A DNA stretch of 57,433 nucleotides from a virus (taxonomy: Duplodnaviria > Caudoviricetes). Positions 26,256 to 34,543 of the stretch are shown in pieces. Both the position numbers and the translations under genes were made by a program. Each line of letters begins with the position of its first letter. Position 1 is the first letter of the stretch. The DNA lies in IMG/VR virus record IMGVR_UViG_3300027903_000008, positions 1 through 57,433 of that record; one strand, 5' to 3'. The notes under the pieces were generated by a model. That model ran no database searches. It worked only from the letters and a program-made list of their open reading frames with translations, and was not told the DNA's origin.

Positions 26256-27242
26256 ATGGAGCTGCCACCGCCGCTCTACGACGACTCGCCGCCGCTACCG
26301 CCATTCCCGCGCGTCTTTGACTCTACCATGCGCAGCAGTCTCGTCGCCTGTCCACGACAGTTCTATTGGCAGTACCTTCGCCACCTACGCAAGCCGGGCG
26401 TCTCGATACATCTACACTTCGGTGGGTGCTTCGCACGAGGGCTAGAGACGACACGGAAAGCATTCTACCGCGACGGTCTCTCCGATATAGATGCGCTCTG
26501 CACAGGCATCGCAGAGATCGTCAACTCATGGGGTGATGTAGAGCCCCCTGACACGCCACGTATGTACAAGACGTTACCAGCATGTATTGACGCTCTCGCG
26601 AGCTATGTCGAGCAATGGCCGCTGCGCGAAGACCGGTTGCAGCCCTACCGCATGCCGAACGGCGAGCCAGCGATCGAGATGAGCTTCGCCGTGCCGGTTC
26701 CCGGCACAGCGCATCCCACCACAGGCGACCCATTGGTGTACGCCGGCCGTTTCGACATGCTCGGCTGGTGGGACGATGCGCAGACAATCTTTGTCTGCGA
26801 CGAAAAAACATCCGGCCAGCTCGGATCAAGCTGGCGCAACAACTGGCGTCTCCGCGGCCAGCTCACCGGATATGTTTGGGGATGCCGTAGCTACGGCATC
26901 CGCGCAGCCGGTGCAATAGTACGAGGCAGCGGCATTCTCGCCGGCGATATCACACATGAGGAAGTTATCGAGACACGGCCAGACTGGCAAGTGGAGCAAT
27001 GGCTATCGCAGCTGCGGTACGACCTGAACCGCGCCGCCACGCTATGGCTTGATATGCGAGCGATGGCGCTCGCAAGAGCGTCACCTAGCCGCGACGCTTG
27101 GCCGCAGGCCCTCGACGCCGCTTGTAGCAGCTACGGCGGTTGCCCCTGCCTTCCACTCTGCGATAGCCAATACCCCGAGCGGTGGACAAGCGAGTACGAC
27201 GCAGTCGAATGGAACCCACTCCTGCGGAGCGTAGATACATGA
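26256..27242 (+). CDS. PD-(D/E)XK (Cas4/RecB-like) exonuclease
   Basis: DSTMRSSLVACPRQFYW, YAGRFD, CDEKTS, QLTGY, C-terminal Cys cluster CSSYGGCPCLPLC. Confidence 0.9.
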   Translation: MELPPPLYDDSPPLPPFPRVFDSTMRSSLVACPRQFYWQYLRHLRKPGVSIHLHFGGCFARGLETTRKAFYRDGLSDIDALCTGIAEIVNSWGDVEPPDTPRMYKTLPACIDALASYVEQWPLREDRLQPYRMPNGEPAIEMSFAVPVPGTAHPTTGDPLVYAGRFDMLGWWDDAQTIFVCDEKTSGQLGSSWRNNWRLRGQLTGYVWGCRSYGIRAAGAIVRGSGILAGDITHEEVIETRPDWQVEQWLSQLRYDLNRAATLWLDMRAMALARASPSRDAWPQALDAACSSYGGCPCLPLCDSQYPERWTSEYDAVEWNPLLRSVDT

Positions 27243-28078
27243 AGACAAACACCCTTCTGCTTGGCCCTATCGGCAGCGGCAAGACCTATGTGCTGCGCAC
27301 GCTCCTCGCCGAGTACCCCACGCCAACCGGCGCCACACGACGCGGCGCCGGTCTTCGATGCGGCCTGCTAGCGCTAGAGCCCGGATGGGAAGCCACGAAC
27401 GGTGATCTAACGTGCGACATGGGTTTCCACGTGCGCCAGCACTTGCCGGCTCGCATACCTTGGCCGTCAGCCGAAGAGTGGGCCGGGCGCATCGGCACAA
27501 TGTCGATGAAAGCCGTCGCAGAGATGGAAGTCCCGCACATTATCCGCCAAGACTACCAACAGTTCGTCGGCCTCTATCGCCACGCCTCACACTTCGTGTG
27601 CGAGCGTTGCGAGCAAGACTTTGGCAACGTCAACGACTGGGACGAAGACTCCGTCTTCGTGATCGACGGTCTCAGCGGCATGTCAGCAATGGCAATCCAC
27701 CTAGTGGTAGGCCCCAAGCCGCTGATGAGCCTTCCACAGTATGGCAGTGCGCAGACCCTTATCGAGAACTACCTAAAGCAATGCGTCGGCATCTCTGCCT
27801 CGCATGTGCTCACGGCACATTGGGCGAGAGAGCTAAACGAAGTCAGCGGAGGCACAACCATAACAGTCGACACAGTCGGCGTTAAGCTAGCGCCAAAGAT
27901 CTTGCGCCTCTACGACGAGATCATTGTAACTCAACGTGAAGGCAACAAGTACAGTTGGAGCACCGACGACCCACGCATAGACCTAAAGGCGCGGCGACTG
28001 CCATACGCGCAGAATATCACCCCTGACTTCGTCAACATCTTCGCGCCTTCGGTGCGAAACGGAGCCCGATCCATATGA
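27239..28078 (+). CDS. AAA_24/Sak4-like P-loop ATPase (recombination)
   Basis: LLGPIGSGKT, VIDGLS, VLTAH; adjacent to the nuclease and SSB-like genes. Confidence 0.85.
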   Translation: MKTNTLLLGPIGSGKTYVLRTLLAEYPTPTGATRRGAGLRCGLLALEPGWEATNGDLTCDMGFHVRQHLPARIPWPSAEEWAGRIGTMSMKAVAEMEVPHIIRQDYQQFVGLYRHASHFVCERCEQDFGNVNDWDEDSVFVIDGLSGMSAMAIHLVVGPKPLMSLPQYGSAQTLIENYLKQCVGISASHVLTAHWARELNEVSGGTTITVDTVGVKLAPKILRLYDEIIVTQREGNKYSWSTDDPRIDLKARRLPYAQNITPDFVNIFAPSVRNGARSI

Positions 28079-28290
28079 ACCGCATTGAGAGCGTAAAAGA
28101 CAGCACTCACCTCGACGACCCTCACTACATCGCCGCCGACGCCATGGTAGCCGCCGTAAACAAGGCCATCGTCAGCTCCCTCTTAATGAGGGATCTACGA
28201 TTCTTAGTGAAGGAGCTACGACTAGCCTTCCCATACATCCTTTGGACCCTCCACGACACGTATCCTTACCTTCGCATAGAACACATCTAG
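28075..28290 (+). CDS. Hypothetical protein
   Basis: ATGA coupling; GGAG RBS. Confidence 0.55.
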   Translation: MNRIESVKDSTHLDDPHYIAADAMVAAVNKAIVSSLLMRDLRFLVKELRLAFPYILWTLHDTYPYLRIEHI

Positions 28291-28329
28291 GTCGAGCTTC
28301 GCTCGACCGCGACCACGGAGCAACCACAC

Positions 28330-28620
28330 ATGGCCCTACCACCGTTTGACGAGCGTCCCCCAGTATCCTATAAGCCGCCGCGCCAGCTACACGTATCCTT
28401 CGGTGGATATCACTTCCATCATGTCACTGAGATCGTCGTCAGCGAGAGCCAACGTCTCAGCAACTTCACTACTCGCACAATCACTCTAAAAGGCGAAGCT
28501 GGTGAAGCTGACGCAGTCATCAATGTCTATAGTAGCAACATCAGCAACCCACCGCACATTATGCTAATCACCCCGACCACGTACGTAGACTTACACAATC
28601 ACTGGCCAGATGAGGACTAA
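28330..28620 (+). CDS. Hypothetical protein
   Basis: GACCACGGAG RBS; 96 aa. Confidence 0.65.
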   Translation: MALPPFDERPPVSYKPPRQLHVSFGGYHFHHVTEIVVSESQRLSNFTTRTITLKGEAGEADAVINVYSSNISNPPHIMLITPTTYVDLHNHWPDED

Positions 28621-28625
28621 GACAC

Positions 28626-29108
28626 ATGCGTAACACTAGCGCGTTCAATGTAGACGAGTTCCTACAGACTACTATCGACCCGCAGGGCGTACCGCTCGAC
28701 ACGAAGGTCAGCTTCGTCCCCGAGGGGGAATACCCGGCGCAGATCACCGCCCTCTCCCCGAGAGAGATCGAACAGGACGGTAAGTCTCGCCGTCTCGTAG
28801 AAGTAACGTGGTCGATCACCGACGATGCCCTGCGGGCATCGATGGGGATATCCGACCCTCGCGCTCGTCAGACGCTATGGCTAGACACTGAGTCCGACGG
28901 CAGCTTCATTATCGCGAAGAACAAGAACGTCGACACAGGCCGATTGCTCGACGCCCTCGGCATGAACAACGGCCGACGATGGAGCTGGGCGCAACTCCTC
29001 CACCAGACAGCATACGTGCGAGTAGAGCTACCACGCGACCAAGATCGCGCCGTCCTATCGGACGTAAAGCGAGTAGCGAAGCAGCAGTCGCAGCCGCGAA
29101 GCGGCTGA
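28626..29108 (+). CDS. ssDNA-binding protein-like (DUF669-type)
   Basis: FVPEGEYPAQI...KNVDTGRLLDALG; follows the Sak4-like ATPase. Confidence 0.7.
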   Translation: MRNTSAFNVDEFLQTTIDPQGVPLDTKVSFVPEGEYPAQITALSPREIEQDGKSRRLVEVTWSITDDALRASMGISDPRARQTLWLDTESDGSFIIAKNKNVDTGRLLDALGMNNGRRWSWAQLLHQTAYVRVELPRDQDRAVLSDVKRVAKQQSQPRSG

Positions 29109-29119
29109 ACGCGAAGCGT

Positions 29120-29268
29120 TACACGGAAGAGCTTCTCCCCTGCTACGTCGGCGAGCGGCGGCGTCACAGGCGACGTAACGCGAATAGGCATTGTGGGCAG
29201 AGAGCGCTAACGCGCTCTCTAGTGAGGTCCGTAAAGACTTCGCTGTGATACCGGCGCTCTTCCGTGTA
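29120..29268 (+). ncRNA. Candidate structured ncRNA
   Basis: Perfect 13-bp closing stem (29120-29132/29256-29268) enclosing further hairpins; strand uncertain. Confidence 0.5.
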
Positions 29269-29345
29269 TAAGGCATAGCACCCGGTTAACAATGCCGTCC
29301 GCCGCACCCCTCGCTTTCGCGAGGAGAATAGAGTGACATCGAGAC

Positions 29346-29927
29346 ATGAAATCTGACCAGCTTCGCTTCTACATCGTACGGCCCGCTCTGGCACTGCTGG
29401 GGCCGTCACTCTCGACGAGGTTTGCCGAGGACCTGTTAATCGCCACCTGCGCGCAGGAAAGCAGGCTGGGAGAGTATGTCCACCAAGTGAACGGCCCAGC
29501 GCTCGGCATATATCAGATCGAGCCAGTAAGCCTAGGGGATTTGTGGCTCTGGGTGCAGCATCACAGGCCAAGGTGGGACCTCGCCATCGCTGCCGCTGGC
29601 GTCGACCCGGCAGCCGTCTCTCTCGCCTCCGTCGAAGATGCAGTAATCTATAACCTGCGTTTCGCCACACTGATCGCTAGGCTCTTCTATTACCGCGTTC
29701 CGATGGCCCTTCCGATATACACCACGATACCCAACCTGTGGGAATACTACAAGACGTTCTACAATACTTCCTTAGGAGCGGCGACCTTGGCGGAGTTCGA
29801 GACGTCGCTAAGGCTGACGGACATCTCGGGTTTAGGTGCAACCAGATCTAGCAGTGTCGGTGGCATTTCGACCATATCAACTACGACCGTAGAGACTAGT
29901 ATTCCATCTCAATCGCAAAACCCGTGA
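29346..29927 (+). CDS. Lysozyme-like/SLT-type endolysin
   Basis: LLIATCAQESRLG...GPALGIYQIEP...YYKTFYNTSLG. Confidence 0.8.
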   Translation: MKSDQLRFYIVRPALALLGPSLSTRFAEDLLIATCAQESRLGEYVHQVNGPALGIYQIEPVSLGDLWLWVQHHRPRWDLAIAAAGVDPAAVSLASVEDAVIYNLRFATLIARLFYYRVPMALPIYTTIPNLWEYYKTFYNTSLGAATLAEFETSLRLTDISGLGATRSSSVGGISTISTTTVETSIPSQSQNP

Positions 29928-29933
29928 GGGAGC

Positions 29934-30242
29934 ATGACAAACGCCAGCGAGATATGTCAGACTGCCGCCAATCTAGTCGGTGGTCCTCGCGCCGCGCAGC
30001 ATGGCGACAAGACTGCCAACTTCACTAACATCGCTAAACTATGGAACAGTTACTTAGCGTGTAGGGCGCGGCAAGCCGCTCTACCATATTCCCCTCTAAC
30101 TGCGCTCGACGTGGCGAACATGATGATACTTCTCAAGATGGCGCGGCAAATGACGGGTGAATACAACCCCGACGACTTCGTCGATATGGCCGGCTACGCC
30201 GGCTGTGCCGGCGAGATCGCTGCTGCTGCGCGGCCAAAGTGA
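29934..30242 (+). CDS. DUF6378 protein
   Basis: GPRAAQHG...NFTNIAKLW...DVANMMILLKMAR...DDFVDMAGYA. Confidence 0.85.
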   Translation: MTNASEICQTAANLVGGPRAAQHGDKTANFTNIAKLWNSYLACRARQAALPYSPLTALDVANMMILLKMARQMTGEYNPDDFVDMAGYAGCAGEIAAAARPK

Positions 30243-30439
30243 AGAGCCAGCCGATGCAACGCCAAATCGAGAACTGGCGTCTGCGCTGCGACGACTGCGG
30301 GCGGTTTATCGCTTACGAGGACATCGAGAACGGCGTTGCCGTACACTATCTCGTTACCCCGGAAAGCGCATATACGTCCGAGACATTCGAGACCCTCTGC
30401 AAGAGATGCTACCGCGCGCCGAGGGTAGGCCATGAATAG
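30239..30439 (+). CDS. Small zinc-binding protein
   Basis: RCDDCGRFI...LCKRC. Confidence 0.65.
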   Translation: MKSQPMQRQIENWRLRCDDCGRFIAYEDIENGVAVHYLVTPESAYTSETFETLCKRCYRAPRVGHE

Positions 30440-30581
30440 CACCTATTTCGATCGTAGCGAGAACGGTTGTGGTCGCATCCCCGCAATCTGCGACCCACGG
30501 CTTACAGTCCCTGCCGTTGACAGCCCACTCGCAGGACGCAGAGCGCCTTGACAGGGTAAAGGACTCCCTCTTGGCCTACCC

Positions 30582-30696
30582 GTCGGCTAGTTCCGCAGCA
30601 TCGTCTGTCTTTCCCCTGGGAGATACTACACGCTCTCAGGGGCGACAGCCCGCCGAGAACAGAAAGCCGACAGACGATGCTGCGGAACTAGCCGAC
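30582..30696. repeat. Perfect 28-bp inverted repeat with 59-nt structured spacer
   Basis: GTCGGCTAGTTCCGCAGCATCGTCTGTC (30582-30609) and its reverse complement (30669-30696). Confidence 0.9.
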
Positions 30697-30713
30697 CACT
30701 ATATGGACCAGTT

Positions 30714-30890
30714 ATGATCACCTCTCTGTGCTCCGTTTTCTTGGTCCTTGGAGGGGCTGTTGCCGCCGCTCTAGTCGTGGGCGGTTCGGCCCTGCTGATT
30801 TTCGGCTACCCACTGATTTTGGGTCTGATCCTTTTTTGTAGTGCTGGCTTGGTTTTGATAGGAGTTGGCCTAATGGCTCAGGGCTTCTGA
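30714..30890 (+). CDS. 58-aa two-TM membrane protein (holin- or toxin-like)
   Basis: MITSLCSVFLVLGGAVAAALVVGGSALLIFGYPLILGLILFCSAGLVLIGVGLMAQGF; no charged residues. Confidence 0.6.
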   Translation: MITSLCSVFLVLGGAVAAALVVGGSALLIFGYPLILGLILFCSAGLVLIGVGLMAQGF

Positions 30891-30927
30891 GCATGCCAGA
30901 AGCATCCTTAAAGGAAAACACGATCGA

Positions 30928-31104
30928 ATGACTGAGAACCTTACCGAGATCGCGGTGGAGAGTGTGGGCGATGGAGAAGTGCGGCCTCGCCGCCGCAACC
31001 GTCACACCTGTCGCGACTGCGGCCAGCACGTCATACATCGTCGTCGACTCTGCGAGCCGTGCCGGCGCCGCTCCATCGCCCTGTTTTGGCTTCTCCGTCC
31101 ATGA
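30928..31104 (+). CDS. Small Arg/Cys-rich zinc-finger protein
   Basis: AAGGA RBS; CRDC...LCEPC. Confidence 0.55.
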   Translation: MTENLTEIAVESVGDGEVRPRRRNRHTCRDCGQHVIHRRRLCEPCRRRSIALFWLLRP

Positions 31105-31149
31105 GACTCCCATCTGACGCCCGCTACGTGATATCGGTGTGCTAGAACT

Positions 31150-31590
31150 ATGCCACGGCGACCGCCATCTCTATTAGAGATTGCTTTCATAGAGTATCTT
31201 TACTGGAATGAAAGAAAATCACAGATAGCCATTGCCAAAATGCTCGATCGTTCACAACCTAGCGTAAGCTCTATTATGGCATTATACGGTATTTCAAGTG
31301 AAATAAACAGACGGAGAGAACAAAGAGGCGCACATAACCATAACTACAAGGATGGGTTATCAAGAAGCACTGTCAGAAGGATCACAAAAAGACTAATTGA
31401 AGCTACAGATCGACCATTAAACAAATGTGAGAGATGCAACGAGACATTCAATATCGGTCTTAATAGACATCATAGAGACCGTGATAGGTCCAACAACGCT
31501 ATAGCCAATATAGAATTATTGTGTACGTCTTGCCATATGAGAGAACACAGCGACAGTCGTATACGTGATTCCCGTGGGAGGTACACATGA
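31150..31590 (+). CDS. HTH + HNH endonuclease (possible homing endonuclease)
   Basis: CERC...HHRDRDRSNNAIANIELLCTSCH; AT-rich; overlaps the polymerase start. Confidence 0.85.
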   Translation: MPRRPPSLLEIAFIEYLYWNERKSQIAIAKMLDRSQPSVSSIMALYGISSEINRRREQRGAHNHNYKDGLSRSTVRRITKRLIEATDRPLNKCERCNETFNIGLNRHHRDRDRSNNAIANIELLCTSCHMREHSDSRIRDSRGRYT

Positions 31591-33386
31591 GGCTGGTTCA
31601 AAGTGGTCCGTCTGATGCTAAGTATTGTATTATAGGGGAGGCTTTGGGCGCAGAAGAGGAGCAGCTAGGCCGTCCCTTCGTCGGCTCTAGCGGCCACGAG
31701 CTTTACCGCATGCTAGAAGAGGCCCGCTGGCTGCCGCCTGGCACAGCCGAGCGCATCATCCGCGACCTATACAGGCGCAGCTTCATCGAGCTTACGACGG
31801 CGCTGGACGACGCCAGCATCTTCATCACCAACGTCTGCCATGAGAGACCTCCCAACAATGACATCAACGCTTTCTTCTGCCGAAAAACCGAAGCCAAACG
31901 CAACGGCGTCGCTCCGTTACTCGATCGTTTTCCCAACAGATCTATCCGAGAGGGCATTGTACGACTTAACGAGGACCTTCATCGACTTAAACCGGCGTTT
32001 GTGCTTGCTCTTGGAGGAACAGCACTTTGGGCGCTTACAGGTACGAGCGGAATTACTAAATGGCGCGGGTCTATCCTTGCTATCGGCGAACATCTACACG
32101 GGGCTGCCGGAATAAAGCTAGTCCCTACGTTCCACCCCGCAGACATCCTCCGCGAGTGGCCACATCGCGCCGTCGCAGTACAAGACATGCGCCGCTCCCT
32201 TCGGGAACGTGAATTCCCAGAAATTCGTCGTCCTACATACCACTTCATCACAAAGCCGAGCTTCGCTGAGGCAACCGATTACCTCACGGAGCAGGCCGAC
32301 AACCCGGAGCACGCCGATGTCCCTCTTGTCGCCGATATTGAGACTCCTCATGGCTGGCGCAATCTGCCTGGTCATATTGCCTGTATTGGGTTTGCTTCTA
32401 GTCGTACAGATGCTATTTGCATCCCTCTTATGTGTCTGGACGATCTTGAAGGGTACTGGCCAATGGAGCAGGAGACGCAGATAGTCCTAGGCATACGCCA
32501 TCTCATGACCCAAAGAGCCATGATATTCCACAAAGGCATCTTTGAGTGCCAGCACTTCGCTGCCCACTGGGGCTTCCTGCCTAACTGGCAACATGACACG
32601 ATGGTAATGCAGCATGTGCTCTTTCCTGGCCTACTTGGTGGAAAGATCGATCCTGTTACCGGCCGCGTCGACAAACGCGGCAGCAGCCTCGCACTGTCCT
32701 TTCTATCGAGCATGTACTGCCAATATCACCGGTACTGGAAGGATGACGGCCGCGACTGGAACACCAAAGAGGTGCCAGACGAAGATCAGTGGTGGCGATA
32801 CAACTGTGAAGACTGCGTTCGCACGTACGAGTGCTACGAAGTCCTTCGGCTTTCGTTAGAGCGCGGAGCGCTTTGGGCATCCTATCGTTTTATGATGAAC
32901 CTTGCTGCCCCGGTGCTCTACATGATGCTTCACGGCATGCCCTTCGATCGCGCTACACGCGACGAGTTTCGGGTCGACGTACGTCGTGAGCAGTCCACGC
33001 TCGCGCAGTGGATCAACACCGTCTGCGGCCACGAGCTCAACACTGGCAGTTCGCCGCAAATGCAGTCTCTCTTCTACGAAGATCTTGCCGTCGCGCCGAT
33101 CTACAAGGGCAAGGGCGCTGCGAAGCGGCCCACCCTCAACGTTGGGGCGCTCGACGTGATCGCAAAGCGAGTACCGCTGCTCGCCCCCCTCTGTCACGCA
33201 GTGGCAGACGAGCGTAGCTTAGCGCACTTCGACGAGAACATACTGCGAGCGAAGCTCGACGGCGACGGCCGGATGCGCAGCGAGATAAATCTTACAGGGA
33301 CCGAGACAATGCGCTTCGCCAGCACCGAGACACCCTTCGGCACTGGCCTCAACCTACAAAATATTAACCGCATGCCAGAGGAGTAA
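31587..33386 (+). CDS. DNA polymerase A, N-terminal part: UDG-like + 3'-5' exonuclease + thumb
   Basis: UDG family 4-like motifs GEALG, PFVGSSG, TFHPA; exonuclease motifs VADIET, HDTM, YNCED; ends GTETMRFAS...NLQNI. Confidence 0.9.
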   Translation: MRLVQSGPSDAKYCIIGEALGAEEEQLGRPFVGSSGHELYRMLEEARWLPPGTAERIIRDLYRRSFIELTTALDDASIFITNVCHERPPNNDINAFFCRKTEAKRNGVAPLLDRFPNRSIREGIVRLNEDLHRLKPAFVLALGGTALWALTGTSGITKWRGSILAIGEHLHGAAGIKLVPTFHPADILREWPHRAVAVQDMRRSLREREFPEIRRPTYHFITKPSFAEATDYLTEQADNPEHADVPLVADIETPHGWRNLPGHIACIGFASSRTDAICIPLMCLDDLEGYWPMEQETQIVLGIRHLMTQRAMIFHKGIFECQHFAAHWGFLPNWQHDTMVMQHVLFPGLLGGKIDPVTGRVDKRGSSLALSFLSSMYCQYHRYWKDDGRDWNTKEVPDEDQWWRYNCEDCVRTYECYEVLRLSLERGALWASYRFMMNLAAPVLYMMLHGMPFDRATRDEFRVDVRREQSTLAQWINTVCGHELNTGSSPQMQSLFYEDLAVAPIYKGKGAAKRPTLNVGALDVIAKRVPLLAPLCHAVADERSLAHFDENILRAKLDGDGRMRSEINLTGTETMRFASTETPFGTGLNLQNINRMPEE

Positions 33387-33392
33387 GATCGG

Positions 33393-33569
33393 ATGGCGAA
33401 GGACCTGAAATCATTCTTCATCCCACCTCATAGTTGTCCAGACTGTGGTGAGACAGAGTGGTATTCATGCGAGGATAGTGGCCACGATCTCTGTATAGAA
33501 TGTATGGGCTGCCATAGTCGCTTCGGCGTGCAGATGCCGCCGTTCAACATGATCGAGCGTATCGAGTGA
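33393..33569 (+). CDS. Zinc-ribbon mini-protein within split polymerase
   Basis: GAGGAG RBS; CPDCG...CMGC. Confidence 0.6.
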   Translation: MAKDLKSFFIPPHSCPDCGETEWYSCEDSGHDLCIECMGCHSRFGVQMPPFNMIERIE

Positions 33570-33766
33570 AAGGGCACTTAGTGCAGTACGAATACAAGTT
33601 CGTAAAGCAAGGTATGGGCGGTTCCGGTTCCATACATTGTACTTACTGTCCGAAGCCGCCAGGGCAAGCCTGTGGGTTGAACTGTGTTGATGATGTCTAC
33701 GCGAAGATTCAGAAAGAGAGAGAGGCTGACGGTGTCATCGTCAACGACACACCTGCGCAGGACTGA
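33566..33766 (+). CDS. Small Cys-containing protein
   Basis: CTYC...CGLNC. Confidence 0.55.
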   Translation: MKGHLVQYEYKFVKQGMGGSGSIHCTYCPKPPGQACGLNCVDDVYAKIQKEREADGVIVNDTPAQD

Positions 33767-33936
33767 TGATCACTGTGTCCCGCTTCTTCGACCCCCAGCG
33801 GCGATGCTGGACATCGTGCCACGCCGACGATGACGGGTTTTGCGAGTGGGTGGAGTGCCCTCAGCTCCGCGACAGTGAGCCAGCGCAAACAGGGCGACAT
33901 TGCCCTTTAGATACTAGTATAGTAGAGGATGACTGA
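33766..33936 (+). CDS. Small Cys-rich protein
   Basis: CHADDDGFCEWVECPQLRDSEP...RHCPLD; TGATG coupling. Confidence 0.6.
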   Translation: MITVSRFFDPQRRCWTSCHADDDGFCEWVECPQLRDSEPAQTGRHCPLDTSIVEDD

Positions 33937-33938
33937 CA

Positions 33939-34166
33939 ATGCCAACCACGATTGCTCTCTTTGTCACGATCTGCTTAGCAGCAGACCGGGGGCCAGTCTG
34001 TCGTGAAGTGAACCTATCGGCTTACGCCGACATAGAAGCCTGCGAAGCGGCCCGCACCGACAGGGTCGCGCAGTGGAAGAAAGAGTTCTCCGAGGTGTTT
34101 CCTGGTGTGTACTGGCTTGCCGCTGAGCGCTGTGGACCTAACGCTGTAGAGGGAGATGACCTATGA
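33939..34166 (+). CDS. Small secreted-type Cys protein
   Basis: Hydrophobic N-terminus IALFVTICLA; spaced Cys residues. Confidence 0.65.
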   Translation: MPTTIALFVTICLAADRGPVCREVNLSAYADIEACEAARTDRVAQWKKEFSEVFPGVYWLAAERCGPNAVEGDDL

Positions 34167-34528
34167 TGAACGGTATTATGGTAGGGCTGGCCCTCAGTGC
34201 CGCTGTCCTCGTCCACGACGAGGCACCTCCTCACCACGCGCCTGGCGAGCGCACTCATCTGCCCTTCGCCTGCCGCACTGTCGAAGACGCCCTAACCGTA
34301 GGCGTCGCGATGGACACTATGGCCCCGCAGCGTGTCGGTGAGATTGCTCGTAAGAAGATACTCGCCGGCAAGTGTTGGACTTTGCCGCCAGTGGCTCTCG
34401 CCGAAGGCACGCTTACGGAGCAGCATGGCAGCGAGGAGAACACCACCGTCTGGGGCTATCGTCTCGATGGTGTCGCAGAGGAGTTCTACGTGCCTCTCAC
34501 CCGCGATCCTTCCGACGATGGGCTGTGA
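34163..34528 (+). CDS. Hypothetical protein with signal-peptide-like N-terminus
   Basis: GGGAG RBS; IMVGLALSAAVLV. Confidence 0.65.
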   Translation: MMNGIMVGLALSAAVLVHDEAPPHHAPGERTHLPFACRTVEDALTVGVAMDTMAPQRVGEIARKKILAGKCWTLPPVALAEGTLTEQHGSEENTTVWGYRLDGVAEEFYVPLTRDPSDDGL

Positions 34529-34543
34529 CGGCTTCGCCATCAC

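Noticed and set aside
26256-27242. Cas4-like gene as part of a CRISPR system
   Set aside because: No repeat-spacer array or other cas genes were seen; the context is a nuclease-ATPase-SSB recombination module.
29120-29268. tRNA, SRP RNA, 6S RNA or hammerhead ribozyme
   Set aside because: No cloverleaf or T-loop, SRP helix-8 motif, symmetric 6S bubble or CUGAUGA/GAAA core could be identified.
30582-30696. Retron msr-msd or DGR element
   Set aside because: No reverse transcriptase in the window, and no TR/VR pair with adenine-specific mismatches was seen.
30469-30717. 82-aa ORF spanning the 28-bp inverted repeat
   Set aside because: Weak start and low-complexity sequence dictated by the repeat; not called, although its C-terminus could be a gene remnant.
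33387-34543. Group I intron, intein or ribosomal bypass joining the pol halves
   Set aside because: The gap is filled with coupled ORFs. There is no intein C/S...HN signature, an in-frame TGA lies 15 nt before pol-C, and there is no matching landing codon.
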